In this document: positions 1-12,500 of the stretch, piece by piece
Layout of the letters: each line of letters begins with the position of its first letter
Numbering within the stretch: position 1 is the first letter of the stretch
Source of the DNA: Octopus sinensis
Taxonomy: Eukaryota
NCBI RefSeq assembly: GCF_006345805.1
Contig: NC_043001.1
Coordinates: 134,912,001 to 134,976,000 of the forward strand
Reading direction: 5' to 3'
DNA length: 64,000 nucleotides
Program-made: the position numbers and the translations under genes
Notes under the pieces: generated by a model
The model's database searches: none
What the model was told of the DNA's origin: nothing
What the model saw: only the letters and a program-made list of their open reading frames with translations

Positions 1-213
1 CTACATTCCTCCCTATAAATCTGTATCACTTGAAGCAAGCAATATAATTCTCTTTTAGAGTTTTGAAGGTAACCAATAAATTTGATAAAATTACAACACA
101 ATGTTTATATTGAATCATCTACAGTTAGAAATAATAGCTGTGCATCTTATAAAATATAAAGAATTTAGTGTTTCTTTTCTTTGATTTGAATATTATTGAA
201 ATCTTGAGTCCTA

Positions 214-936
214 ATATACTTCCAATAATGCATAGATACAAGACTTATTTCTAGAAACATATGAACTCTGAAATAAATATTTTCACTTCAATTTAGATTT
301 TGGTACAGTAATTGTTGTGAGAGATAAAATATGAAAAAAATTATATTTCAAAGAATTAAAATATTTCAATATATATTTGTTAATATCTTTTCAGAAAGCA
401 TAATTTTTGTCAGAGCATTAGTGCATAAAATTCTGTATCATTTACAGATATTCTAAATGCTGACTGGAAAACAATAGTCATTTCAATCATCATCATCATC
501 GTTTAACGTCCGTTCTCCATGCTAGCATGGATTGGATGGTTCGACCGGGGATCTGGGAAGCCAGAAGGCTGCACCAGGCTCCAGTCTTATCTGACAATGT
601 TTCTACAGCTGGATGCCCTTCCTAACGCCAACCACTCCGTGAGTGTAGTGGGTGCTTTACTCATATACTTCCAATAATGCATAGATACAAGACTTAATTC
701 TAGAAACATATGAACTCTGAAATAAATATTTTCACTTCAATTTAGATTTTGGTACAGTAATTGTTGTGAGAGATACAATATGAAAAAAATTATATTTCAA
801 AGAATTAAAATATTTCAATATATATTTGTTAATATCTTTTCAGAAAGCATAATTTTTGTCAGAGCATTAGTGCATAAAATTCTGCATCATTTACAGATAT
901 TCTAAATGCTGACTGGAAAACAATAGTCATTTCAAT
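214..936. repeat. 274-bp direct duplication (214-487 / 663-936) flanking a truncated retroposon
   Basis: Two copies of ATATACTTCCAATAATGC...AATAGTCATTTCAAT with 3 substitutions seen by eye, separated by 488-662. Confidence 0.95.
488..662 (-). mobile_element. 5'-truncated SINE family D (RTE-type, (GAT)n tail)
   Basis: (CAT)n-CGTTTAACGTCCGTTCTCCATGCTAGCATGG...CAGCTGGATGCCCTTCCTAACGCCAACCACTCC; same 3' end as the copies at 11.2, 16.9, 40.0, 56.2 and 61.0 kb. Confidence 0.9.
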
Positions 937-1623
937 GTGTTAATAAAATATTTTCATTGTGCAAATAATTAAGCCACAATTTTCCCTTTGTTTTTTCTGT
1001 TCATTTGCATTTCATATAAAAAAAAAATTAGGTATCAACTTCACAGAAAGTAACAATTTTTCTTTTTTTACATAAGGGTGATTAGAATATCTTAAAACTG
1101 ATGACTAAATGAGTATTAGTATCAGTATATTATCTCATTTCAAATCAAGAAATATTCTAAACAAGTGATAAAGGTTTTACAATTCATTGCTTCCATATTA
1201 GCCAACTTCTAGCAGCACTTAATCCAATAACTTAAAGAAATATCTGAACCAGTTCTCCCAGATAAACCTATGGACTTGGAGCTTAAGGGAGTAGCAGAGC
1301 TTAAATCAGTAATCCACTAAATCCTATACAAAATTAATTAAAACCATATGGAATTCACTCCTTCCATAATGAATGACACTAAAGTAGATTGACCTTGAAA
1401 TGAAATTAAATTTAAAATGTTTAATTTATTTAAACATGATTAATTTTTTCCATATTTATAGTTTTTATGCTTTAAGTGTTAGAACAGCAAGTGACGCATT
1501 TTATCTCTCTGTATGCTGCATTATGTTGCTGCTTAGCTCCATGTCAACCTTGATCAAACAAAACTTATACTAAAAGTAGTTTAGCTGTGGTGGCCACAGC
1601 ATCTTTTTTTATTTTAAATTTAA

Positions 1624-2020
1624 CTAGCAGTATCGCCCGGCGTTGCTCGGGTTTGTAAGGGAAATAACTATGTAAGCATTTTTAGAGAGTTATAGCCAAA
1701 AAATAGCAAAAAAATGCATTGAAAATGGAAAAAAAAATGATGGTAAATTTTTTTTTAAATCGTTGACTCATCGTAGACATTTTTAGAGAGTTACTTCCCT
1801 TATATAATAGCGAAAAAATGCATTAAAATGGAAAAAATGATGGTAAATTATTTTAAAATCGTAGACTCATCGTAGACGTGCGTTAGTACCCAGAAGGGCT
1901 CGATATGAATCACGACTATAAGATACCCGGTTTTGGTTAAACTGCACCGCAAAATGTGGGAGTAGTTAGGAATCTAAATCGTAGGAAACAGACACACAAC
2001 TTGACTTTTATATATAAAGA
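1624..2020 (-). mobile_element. Non-autonomous Helitron, family 1
   Basis: On the - strand it starts TC(TTTATATATAAAAG) and ends in hairpin CCCGAGCAACGCCGGG followed by ...CTAG. Inserted between A and T with no TSD, and has an internal ~100-bp direct repeat. Near-identical copies at 34110 and 43394. Confidence 0.9.
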
Positions 2021-3051
2021 TTTAATTTTTAGACTTGCTCTTTCATGTTTATGATAGACATGAAATAAGCAAGGTTTAAATGTCATATTTTTGCAGATCA
2101 ATAGAGCTTGTAAAAACTCTCGTATTAACTTGCCTCATTGAGATAAACATTTCTTTTGTTCATAAAATTTAAATCAAACTTAAGAAACAGCAATAATTTA
2201 TATTCAATGAAATAATCATTTAGTGACCATCCTAACTGACTTACTCTTTTCAGTAAGAGTAATATGAAATGAGCTAATAGAATTCTTTACAGTGTAAGAT
2301 AAAATTACTAATTTAACACTTTAAAAGTACATCTCTAGAATATTTACTCGTATTCCTTTAAAGCAAGAAAAAAATATACATACTTTTTTTTGCCTTTTAG
2401 ATGAATGAAATGTAAAAAATAAAATATTTTAATAGTTAGAAGGGAATATGAATCTAAATGTAGAACGGTTTATCAGAGCAATAAAAAAAAAAAAAAATAT
2501 AATTTTTACATTTCTATATAAATTTCAAAATTTGCAAAAGTAAAATAGAAAATATAAATACCCATAGAAACACATTAATTTACAAATGGGAATTTTTAAA
2601 AGTACTAACTTCTAAGTCACTTGATAATTATCAATTTTAATGTCTACAGCAGCAAATAAACCTATTCATTACCAGTTTGTTAACTAACACTGTTTGGAAA
2701 TGCTTGAATATAATATTTTCCTTCTAATGTGCAACTTTATGCCTATCAAACATACCATTATCTTTTAAATGTCTATTATTTGTGCCAGTCTGTAATATTT
2801 TGTACTATTCCACTAATGTACAGTTCTGACATTAGACAGGTCAGTGTTAGCCATATAGTAAACGAAATACATTTTTAGAAAATCAGACATTGTTTTCTTA
2901 CAAATAATATTACTTACTAGTTATGAATAAAATTCATTTTGAAACATAAATAACTTCTATTACTACACTGTTGTAGCAGTGGTTGTTATTGTTAATGATA
3001 CAAATCATTAATATATATATATAAACAAACACACACATATATAAAAAAAAT

Positions 3052-3757
3052 CAAAAAATGGGACAAGAACGCAACAGGCGACAACAAAACATGTAGACAG
3101 TTGGATGATACAAAAAGGGACAGGAAAAAAATGGACAGGTCATTCGGAGTTTTCTTTTGTTAGTTGAGTTCCAGATTATCTTTGCAGTTTCAGCTGGTTA
3201 TACTCAAGACTGTTCCAATCTGGCTAGCCCCAAGGAAAATCTAAGCTAAGAGCACTAGATTCCTTGGAAGAAAGCAGCAAATGTATACGAAAACAAGGAC
3301 AGAAAGATGGAGAAATGGTACACAAACACAAATGTAAACAACAGGACATTAACAACAGGTGTCTTTCGACTAAGGATGAATTAAATTAAGCTGGCAAGTG
3401 TGGAAATGAAGCCTCGTGGCAGGGACATAAGAGATGACAGGTATGGAAAGGAATATAGATGTTGCACATATGGTAGCCGAACCAAGAAAGAAAGGTCAGG
3501 CTTGGCTGAACACCGGTCACGTGGAAGGAGAGGAGAGAGGTAGAGGCAAAGGAATAGAAGAATTTAGGGAGGTATGAGAAAAAAAGAATAGAAAGGGACA
3601 GAATGAAGTGAAAGTGGAGGGAAGGTGAGAATGAAGGGAAGGCCAGAAATGTGAGAGAAATGGAGCGAAAGAAAGAAGAGTGAAAAGAACATAGTAAGTG
3701 TGAAGGGGCTGAAAGAAAGAAAGAAAGGATGAAAGAATAAGAGAGTTGTACAAAATT

Positions 3758-3813
<56 letters not shown>

Positions 3814-3978
3814 TTACATATAAGAGACCAAAGTGTATGTACACCTCTATATGTATATAAAAAAGAAGACAAAAAATGGGACAAGAACGCAACAGGCGAC
3901 AATAAAACATCCAGACAGTTGGATGATACAAAAAGGGACATGAAAAAACAAGGACAGGTCATTCGGAGTTGTCTTTCA
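3052..3978. mobile_element. Interspersed element with ~100-bp partial direct repeat (3052-3151 / 3870-3970), possibly Penelope-derived
   Basis: AAAAAATGGGACAAGAACGCAACAGGCGAC...GGTCATTCGGAGTT is repeated. The element is bordered by (TA)n and has a purine-rich interior. The class assignment is inference only. Confidence 0.45.
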
Positions 3979-4250
3979 TATATATATATATATTCATGCA
4001 TACATTCTCATAATAGTACTAAGGCAGCAAGCAGGCAGAATCGTTAGCATGCCAGAAAAAATGCCAAGTGACATTTCATCTGTCTTCATGTTCTGAGTTC
4101 CAATTCTCCTGAGGTTGACTTTCACTGTTTCAAGGTCAATAAAATAAGTAGCAGTTGCACATCAGAGTTGATGTAATCCACTTACCCACTCCTCCAAAAT
4201 TTGAAATCAATACTCATAATGTTACTATATATATATGATGATGATGATGA

Positions 4251-4297
<47 letters not shown>

Positions 4298-4413
4298 ATA
4301 CATGTATAGCAATATTATTAATATTGATATGTGTGTGTGTGTGTGTGTGTGCTTGTATCTAACTACTACACATGTAATTTTATTTTAAAGCATATAGCTT
4401 TTCTTCCATGTAG

Positions 4414-4457
4414 GCTGAAGCTAGAGTTTCAAGTTCAAAAGGGGCTATTGTTGTCAG
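4414..4457 (+). CDS. Candidate small exon (AEARVSSSKGAIVV, ends phase 2)
   Basis: TTTTCTTCCATGTAG| acceptor and CAG|GTAAAT donor; phase-compatible with the candidate at 14183. The donor overlaps the end of an old repeat and no homology was recognised. Confidence 0.2.
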
Positions 4458-4873
4458 GTAAATCAACCATGATTGAACAGACTTATAATCAGAGGCAATG
4501 TACCTCTTACAAAATTATTGTTTTAAATAATTTGTAGGACTACATTATCTAATATCTTTTTTTAAAAAAAATTTAAAACTTTAGTGTGATTTCAGGCAAA
4601 TTTGGCTGTTGTTTCTAGCAAGTTGACAAACATTAAAGGGGTATTTTGTGGTGGAGTGGCAGTGGTTATGAAAGGGTATACAAAAACAACTTCATTCAAA
4701 ATAATTAAAATGTAGCATAAATCAGCTTGAATGACAGACTGAAATCAGAAGAGCTGTTCAATAACATTTTTATGTTGTAATTTAAGAAGCTTTCTTTCAT
4801 ATAAAGTTACATATTTTAGTCTTACAAATAGAAAACCTCAAACGTAACTTAAAACAGGGTTTTACACCCATCA

Positions 4874-5305
4874 TCTCTCTCTATATAAACGGCAGTTTGT
4901 CTGTCTGTGTGTCTGTCAGGTTGTACCCTCACCCTGACCACGGCTTTCAACCGATTCTGATGAAACTTGACACACACATAGCCCAATGTCATAATTCAAA
5001 ACTAACGCAGTTAAAATTTTGTAAAGTTCCTCCAGTTCTGAAAAAAATCGATAAATTCGACATGGGGTCGAGAATCTAAGCTTTTTATATGCAACACATT
5101 TTCTGTCTAGGGGACACAACTCGACCATTTTATCGCCCAAAGGGACAGCTAGGAACATCGTATACACAGAAGTATTCGAGTGAAGAGAAGACATTGCAAC
5201 CTACACATGCGCCTTCGTTCCCTAGAGGGAAAGGACTAGATTGGGATTAGTCGTTGCCTACTAGGGGCTCTTACATACCCGGGCAACGCTGGGCCATGCT
5301 GCTAG
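4874..5305 (+). mobile_element. Non-autonomous Helitron, family 2
   Basis: A|TCTCTCTCTATATAAAC start, subterminal hairpin CCCGGGCAACGCTGGG, ends GCTGCTAG|T. Confidence 0.85.
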
Positions 5306-5572
5306 TTATGACATAAATTGTAGGCAGAATAATATCAATATTAAATTGCTTGTTCCAATTTAATTTTGATACTGTGACAATCATAAATAAATATTTCAGA
5401 AATAAATAAAAGAGTAAAATTTAATTGCCAACATAATACGACTGTCCTGGAAGGGATGCTGTTACTGTTTATTAGTCCCAAGAAACATTGTTTCTAGCTG
5501 GCCATACAACACATTTCTGTGTCCTTATATTTTCAAACTGGGAATTCAGCATCCCTGCCCAGCACAAAACAA

Positions 5573-5613
5573 CTGTGGACTAATTTCAGGGTTATTGTCC
5601 CTCATCAACACAA
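5573..5613 (-). ncRNA. Degenerate minimal type I hammerhead ribozyme
   Basis: - strand UUGUG-UUGAUGA-GGG acaauaa CCC-U-GAAA-U ua G-UC^-CACAG. Stem I UUGUG/CACAG, GUC cleavage triplet. C3U change and a 1-nt register defect at the base of stem II. Confidence 0.55.
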
Positions 5614-5782
5614 AGTAGCTGTTTGGCTTTGGTGGTGTTGCCAAATTCACGGCTTGAATATATAGACTTCAATGTGACACACAGCCACTGATCTATAAAA
5701 AGAAATGGTATTATTTCTAAATCTCTCAGAGAGAGACATACAATAACATTTCTTTAAAGTAAAATCTAATTGCCAACATAAT

Positions 5783-6168
5783 GTGGAAGCACTCCGTCGG
5801 TTACGACGACGAGGGTTCCAGTTGATTCAATCAACGGAACAGCCTGCTCGTGAAATTAACGTGTAAGTGGCTGAGCACTCCACAGACACGTGTACCCTTA
5901 ACGTAGTTCTCGGGGATATTCAGCGTGACACAGAGAGTGACAAGGCCGGCCCTTTGAAATACAGGTACAACAGAAACAGGAAGTAAGAGTGAGAGAAAGT
6001 TGTGGTGAAAGAGTACAGCAGGGATCACCACCATCCCCTGCTGGAGCCTCGTGGAGCTTTTAGGTGTTTTCGCTCAATAAACACTCACAACGCCCTGTCT
6101 GGGAATCGAAACCGCGATCCTACAACCGCAAATCCGCTGCCCTAACCACTGGGCCATTGCGCCTCCAC
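5783..6168 (-). mobile_element. tRNA-derived SINE family B, full length
   Basis: Head GTGGAGGCGCAATGGCCCAGTGGTTAGGGCAGCGG...GGTTTCGATTCCC (pol III A/B boxes); 12-bp TSD TGCCAACATAAT. Confidence 0.95.
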
Positions 6169-7044
6169 TGCCAACATAATATGGCTGTTCTGGAAGGGAC
6201 ATTGTTACTGTTTATTAGCCCCAAGAAACATCGTTTCTAGCTGGCTATATGACACATTATCTGTGTCGGGGCTAATAAACAGTAACAATGTCCCTTCCAG
6301 GACAGCCATATTATGTTGGCAATTAAATTTTACTTTAAAGAAATGTTATTGTATGTCTCTCTCTGAGAGATTTAGAAATAAAAGAGATTTTAGATTAACT
6401 GAATGTAGAGCATAATCTGAGGCCTTAAAGGATTTAAGTATATTTGTAATTCAAAATAAAAATAAATATCTGATAATAACCTCTAAAGAAAAATTTATTG
6501 GTCACCTAATATCTAGAATAAATCATCTACAGGTGTAGCTGTGTCTGTATGTATGTATGTTCATGTGTATATATTCTTCCCCCTTTACTCCTTCATTTGC
6601 TCTTACAGCTCCCCTCCACTGTCATTCACACTTCTAGTTCCATTGTCGCACTCACTTCTACTTACCCCCCCCGTACCTTAAGTGGCGGCGAGGGGGGGCT
6701 CATCTGGACACCACTTAATGACAGTTTACCTCTTTGTAGCTCCTAGAGTTCATTCTTAACCCATTCTTCTAAATATAAGTAGCTATGGAGGTCCTCTATA
6801 ATAAGAACCTGCTCTGCACCCTACATCTTCTAGCACAAAAATGCTCCCCACTTGGGTTTTGTAGTTTTGTGAGCTGTATGGCAGCCTCTCTAGTGCTAGT
6901 GGCACAGAAACTTGTGAAGTGGTTGGCATTAGGAAGGACATTCAGTCATATATCAGTCATTAGAGCATAATGCAGTCCTGGACCCATTGGCTCCTGTCAT
7001 ATTGTCCAACCCATGCTAGCATGGAACATGAACTTTAAATGATT

Positions 7045-7081
<37 letters not shown>

Positions 7082-8817
7082 TTAATTTTGCTCTAAAATG
7101 ATTTTTGGTTTGTAAGAGTTGAGTTTTAGGATCACATATGAATGTTACAATTGACAGACTGCAATTTTTAAAAAGTTGGATATCTTTTAGCTTCAGTGCA
7201 ATCAGTGTAAGTGAAAAACCAAACAATGTTTCTCATAATTCTTTTATTTTGTAACAAGTTATAGTCACTGGACTGTAGCCATACTGGGGCACCACCTTCA
7301 AGCTCCTAAGTCAGTCATACTTGATCACAGGATTTATTTTGGTTTGATACTAATTTTTTTGATTTATATTTAGTTAGTCACTAAGTTAGGCTTTAAGACA
7401 AAATACTGGTTTTATTACCCTGGTAAACAAAGTATACAAATATAGAGATGAACACATACATCATCATCATTATCATTTAATGTCCATTTTCCATGCTGGC
7501 ATGGGTTGGATGGCTCGACAGGAATTGGCAAGTCAGGAGACTGCACCAGGCTTCACTGTCTGTTTTGGCATAGGGTTTTACAGCTGGATGCCCTTCTTAA
7601 CACCAACCACCTTACAGAGTAGACTGAGTATTTTTTATGTGGTACTGGCACCAGTGAAGTCAATTTTGGCATGGTTTTTATGGCTGGATACCCTTCCTAA
7701 TGCCAAGCACTTTACAAATTCCATCTACCATATTCAGATTGCAAGATATTGGTGAATATGAGGTTATGGTAGAAGACACATGCCCAAGGTGGCATGCAGT
7801 GGGATTGCATCAGGAATCATAGTTGTAAAATGAATTTCCTAATCTTATGAGTATGCCTGTGCTTATAAGTATAATACTTTTAACAGCTCTAATAAATATT
7901 TTTTATTCATAGTTTTTGTTTTCTCTTGTGAATTTGTCTATTCTAAAATAAATTAAAAAAAAAATTTTCAAACAAAAACTGATAGACAATTAATTATAAA
8001 GATGTAATTTTATTTTAAACAATTTTTTTGTTAATAACAGTTGGAATAATTTCCTTCTGAAAGACAATGGCAATTTTGACGCATAACAGTACTTATTTTG
8101 CTGACCACTGAAAGATGAGAAAAAAAAAAGAAAAAAAAAGAAAGAAAAAAACCCCCTTGCATTCAGATTGAAAAAGAAAAACAAGAGGAGATAAATTAAA
8201 TGCAATAAGACATCTAGTTCCAGACTCCTTGGGGGTTTGAAATACTACATAAATAGATAATAAAGTTAATTGTTCCTGATTCATAATTCAAATAATATTT
8301 GCTTCTTTTTTTATGTTGTATGTAAAATATTACACTAAAAATAAATTAAGACAAAGGGAAAGCCTTTGTGGCTTTTCATTCATCTTTACATTCTGAGTTC
8401 AAGTTCTGCCAAGTTCAACTCTGCCTTTCATCCTTTCTGGGCTCAACAAAATAATTACCAGTTGAGCACTAGAGTCAATGTAATTGACTTACTCCCTCCC
8501 CTGAAATTGCTGGCCTTGTGCCGAAATTTGAAACCAATATCACGCAGAAAATTCTCTTTCAGAGTGCACATGTATTTATACAAAAAATAAATAGTTTATG
8601 CAATAGTTTAGATATAAATATAATTTGCTGCTGCTAATTTTAGTAATTTTCTGACTTTTGCATTTTAATCTTAATCATGAAATTATCTTCAATTATGAAA
8701 TAACAGGCTTTCCCAGCTGTGCACATAAACTTATTTTAAATATTAAAAAAGAAATAATTTTTGCTTAAATTTCTGAGATGAAAAATTATCATTACTGTAC
8801 TCTGATATATTAAGACT

Positions 8818-8862
8818 AACCCATGCTAGCATGGAGAACGGACGTTAAACGATGATGATGAT
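8818..8862 (+). mobile_element. 3' tip of SINE family D
   Basis: AACCCATGCTAGCATGGAGAACGGACGTTAAAC(GAT)n only. Confidence 0.85.
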
Positions 8863-9066
8863 GTTGTCTTCTCTTGGATGTTATACTCATGTTTCAGCCA
8901 TTGTATCCTCTGACCTTTATTTAGGTGCTCATTATATTTGGTAATAAAATTATGGAATTCAGAGAATGTTACCATGTACAACAGGCGTCTGAAGAAGGTT
9001 AGAAACATTGTGATGATAGCAGTGAAGATGAAGATACTAGTCTGAATATATCAGTGTATAACAAAA

Positions 9067-9247
9067 AAAAGAAATGTGGCCAAGACAAACATAATAGTGA
9101 TTTCTTTCATAGGTCCAAGAAAGGGTTTCTTTTTGTTTAATCATAAATTGACATAAATGATATCAATTTATGATTAAACAAAAAGAAACTCTTTCTTGTG
9201 CCTAAGAAAGAAATCACTATTAGGCTTGTCTTGACCACATTTCTTTT
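9067..9247. repeat. Imperfect palindrome, ~85-bp arms, 11-nt loop
   Basis: 9067-9151 is the reverse complement of 9163-9247, with scattered mismatches. Confidence 0.9.
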
Positions 9248-9700
9248 AATGAAATTCATTAAGTTTGAAAGGTAGGTAAAACATGGATATTAGCAGAATT
9301 TCTTTCAAGCACAGTTAAATTCATCCCTTCAGGAGATACTGTAAAACAGATAATTATTTTACTAGTTTATAATGTGAAGTCCAAAAACTGTGATAGATTT
9401 GTATTCTATTAAAGGAAATAGATTTTTTAAAACTTCTTAATACCATGCTAACCACACTAATAAATTCCATAACCTTTTGCTTTTGAAGTGGTAGTTGTAA
9501 AGTTATTTCATTGTGAATTTGTTATAGGAGAATAACAAATAATAATGATTTTAAAGAAGCACAGGGCTACAAGAGTAGGAGGGTATAATCAAGTAAATAA
9601 ATCCTAGTAACTGACTGGTACTTATACATTGGCCTCTCACTGATGAAAAGGCAAAGCTGATCTTGGTAGAGTTTCAATTTTGAATATAAAAAGAAGCAAC

Positions 9701-9929
9701 TTAACCCTTTCGTTACTGCATTTATTTTGAGATGCTCTGTGTTTCTTCCAATTATTTTAAATATAACGAATAATTAAGTAAAATAACATGGTTATCATTG
9801 AGCTAGTGTTAGGAACATAAATTGTGACTAAGATTTGGTGGAAGATTTGAATTCAAAACTTATGAAAACAAGGCATTTATACTAAAGACCCAGAGCCAGT
9901 TTCAGCCAGGTTGGTAACAAAAGGGTTAA
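9701..9929 (+). mobile_element. piggyBac-type MITE, family 2
   Basis: TTAA|CCCTTTCGTTAC...GTAACAAAAGGG|TTAA; reverse-oriented relative at 57488-57710. Confidence 0.85.
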
Positions 9930-11180
9930 ATACCACAAGGTATTTTTTCTACTACTTTATCAATTCTGTCACTCTCCTACCCTTTCATAATAAATAGTAA
10001 CAAATTGAATACTACAAAAGCAGCAGTGAAGTAAAGATTTTTGATGATAAATATTTGAAAATAGCAGGAGAGGAAAAGCAACTAGTAGCTTATTGATTTG
10101 AGTCAACACAACACTGATTAACATTTATATTAGAAAAAAACAGTATCCAAAAAAGTGAAAGAAAAACATCCACAAAACTGTACCATTAAGTTGCTAATTA
10201 TAAACTATCTCTGAAGATAATTCTAATTATGAATTATGTGATAATTTGGCTATAAAATTCATCATCTTAAACATCAGTATGAAAGCAAACTTGAGTCATT
10301 TCATAACAATTAGGAGTTCAAAAAAGGTTCAAAGAACCATTTCCTTTTGTATGATGAAATTAGTAATAATAATCACATTTTGAAAAAGAAATTTACCAAC
10401 ATACTGTTTATAGTTAGTTGATTGAAAGAGAGAGATAATTATAATGAATTGCAAAATGTAGACAAATATCTGCAGACACTGATACGTATGAATTCAATAA
10501 TTCTTTACTCTCCAATGAGAATTAGTGAACAGTTAAAATAGATAATAAATGAGCAAAAAATCCACAGTAATAAATATTAGTTTGTACTTTACAGCTAAAT
10601 AACAATCAACTCTTTCTTATATGAATTTGTACATTGAGATCAAAAGATAAATTCTTAGACAACTTGATGTTTAAGATCAATAAATGATCTGACCATGAAA
10701 GCGCAATGAAACAAACTGTAGTAAGCTTGGCAATATTAGTCACTTATTATTTGATAAGATTATTCCATTTATCAAGGTCAACAAGATTTGATTATATCCA
10801 AGGAAATGTAATTTATTGATAAGAAAATCTACCATTTTTTATCACTCTCTTTCTACATCTAGATTATAATTACTGTAATTCTAAATTAGTTTTATCTTAG
10901 TTTTACTTAGACACACTTCTCATTCATTGCTTTTTTGTTACAGTTCCGGAATTATAAACCCTTTTCTAAATGCAATATCAAATTCATATTTAAAGAACTG
11001 CATCAAATATTATTTATGATTCAATCCCAGCATGAAGATAATCTCTAGGATCAAAAGAGGTTTATGTTGTCAAGCCTCAATATTGTCAAAATATGTTGTC
11101 TTGAGGAAATGTCTAATGTTTCAGTTAATTCTTTTCTAAGGAAAGGTTGTACTTCAATCATTAGATATTTCTTATCCTTA

Positions 11181-11602
11181 TCCGAACGTGGCCGATGCCA
11201 GTGCCGCCTCGACTGGCTTCTGTACCGGTGGTACATAAAAAGCACCATCCGAACGTGGCCGATGCCAGCGCCGCCTTGACTGGCTTCTGTGCCGGTGGGA
11301 CATAAAAAGCACCATCCGAACGTGGCCGATGCCAGCGCCACCTTGGCTGGCTTCCGTGCCGGTGGCACGTTAAAGCACCAACCGATCGTGGCCGATGCCA
11401 GACCCCCCCCTGGCACCTGTGCAGGTGGCACGTAAAAAGCACCCACTACACTCACGGAGTGGTTGGCGTTAGGAAGGGCATCCAGCTGTAGAAACACTGC
11501 CAGATCAGACTGGAGCCTGGTGCAGCTCTGGCTTCCCAGACCCCGGTTGAACTGTCCAACCCATGCTTGCGCGGAAAATGGACGTTAAACGATGATGATG
11601 AT
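11181..11602 (+). mobile_element. SINE family D with internal ~67-bp tandem units
   Basis: About 4 units (...AAAAAGCACCATCCGAACGTGGCCGATGCCAG...), then GGCGTTAGGAAGGGCATCCAGCTGTAGAAAC and a GACGTTAAAC(GAT)n tail. Confidence 0.9.
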
Positions 11603-11901
11603 GGCAATGTAATAATCTCAATCAATCATTCCACTATTTGAGGAGTGTCTAATAGTTCATTGATACTTGGCCTCTTCCTCATTCTAGCAAGTAATGATAA
11701 ATACATGAACAAATTAGAAGGCAGCCACTTGTCTGTTATTAGAGCATTGGATAGAATGGCTTGCAGCATTTGTTTTGGTTCTCTGAGCTCTGACTTCAAA
11801 TACCATTGATGTCAACTTTACTTTTCACCCCTCCAAAATCAATAAATAAAATACTAGTTCAGGCCAGTAGATTGGTAGAATAGTTAGGATGTCATATGAG
11901 A

Positions 11902-12500
11902 TACCTTGTAGTATCTGTTCTCTACCTTGTAGTATCTGTTCTCTACCTTGTAGTATCTGTTCTCTACCTTGTAGTATCTGTTCTCTACCTTGTAGTATCT
12001 GTTCTCTACCTTGTAGTATCTGTTCTCTACCTTGTAGTATCTGTTCTCTACCTTGTAGTATCTGTTCTCTACCTTGTAGTATCTGTTCTCTACCTTGTAG
12101 ATCTGTTCTCTACCTTGTATATCTGTTCTCTACCTGTAGTATCTGTTCTCTACTGTAGTATCTGTTCTCTACCTTGTAGTATCTGTTCTCTACCTTGTAG
12201 TATCTGTTCTCTACCTTGTAGTATCTGTTCTCTACCTTGTAGTATCTGTTCTCTACCTTGTAGTATCTGTTCTCTACCTTGTAGTATCTGTTCTCTACCT
12301 TGTAGTATCTGTTCTACCTTGTAGTATCTGTTCTCTACCTGTAGTATCTGTTCTCTACCTTGTAGTATCTGTTCTCTACCTTGTAGTATCTGTTCTCTAC
12401 CTTGTAGTATCTGTTCTCTACCTTGTAGTATCTGTTCTCTACCTTGTAGTATCTGTTCTCTACCTTGTAGTATCTGTTCTCTACCTTGTATATCTGTTCT
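11902..12500. repeat. 21-bp minisatellite (TACCTTGTAGTATCTGTTCTC)n, ~28 copies
   Basis: Directly visible; a few units carry 1-2 nt deletions. It accounts for the repetitive ORFs 11889-12158 and 11896-12324. Confidence 0.98.

Larger units (their letters stand above)
5413..6381 (-). mobile_element. Penelope-like element remnant (direct + inverted terminal segments), interrupted by a SINE
   Basis: Direct repeat 5413-5524 vs 5758-6267 (minus the SINE). Inverted repeat 5711-6222 (minus the SINE) vs 6268-6381. Decayed hammerhead motif at 5573-5613. Confidence 0.6.

Noticed and set aside
3130-3170. Possible hammerhead in the 3.0-4.0 kb element
   Set aside because: Neither CUGANGA nor GAAA with proper stems is present in this copy.
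3386-4047. 181-aa and 145-aa hydrophobic ORFs
   Set aside because: They run through (TA)n and purine-rich low-complexity repeat sequence.
8925-9140. Exon-like stretch (VLIIFGNKIMEF...; KHCDDSSEDEDTS...)
   Set aside because: In-frame TAG, weak donors and no recognisable homology.
11889-12324. Cys-rich (PCSICSL)n and (VVSVLYL)n ORFs; CRISPR-like regularity
   Set aside because: These are translations of a 21-bp minisatellite. There are no unique spacers and no cas genes, and the context is eukaryotic.
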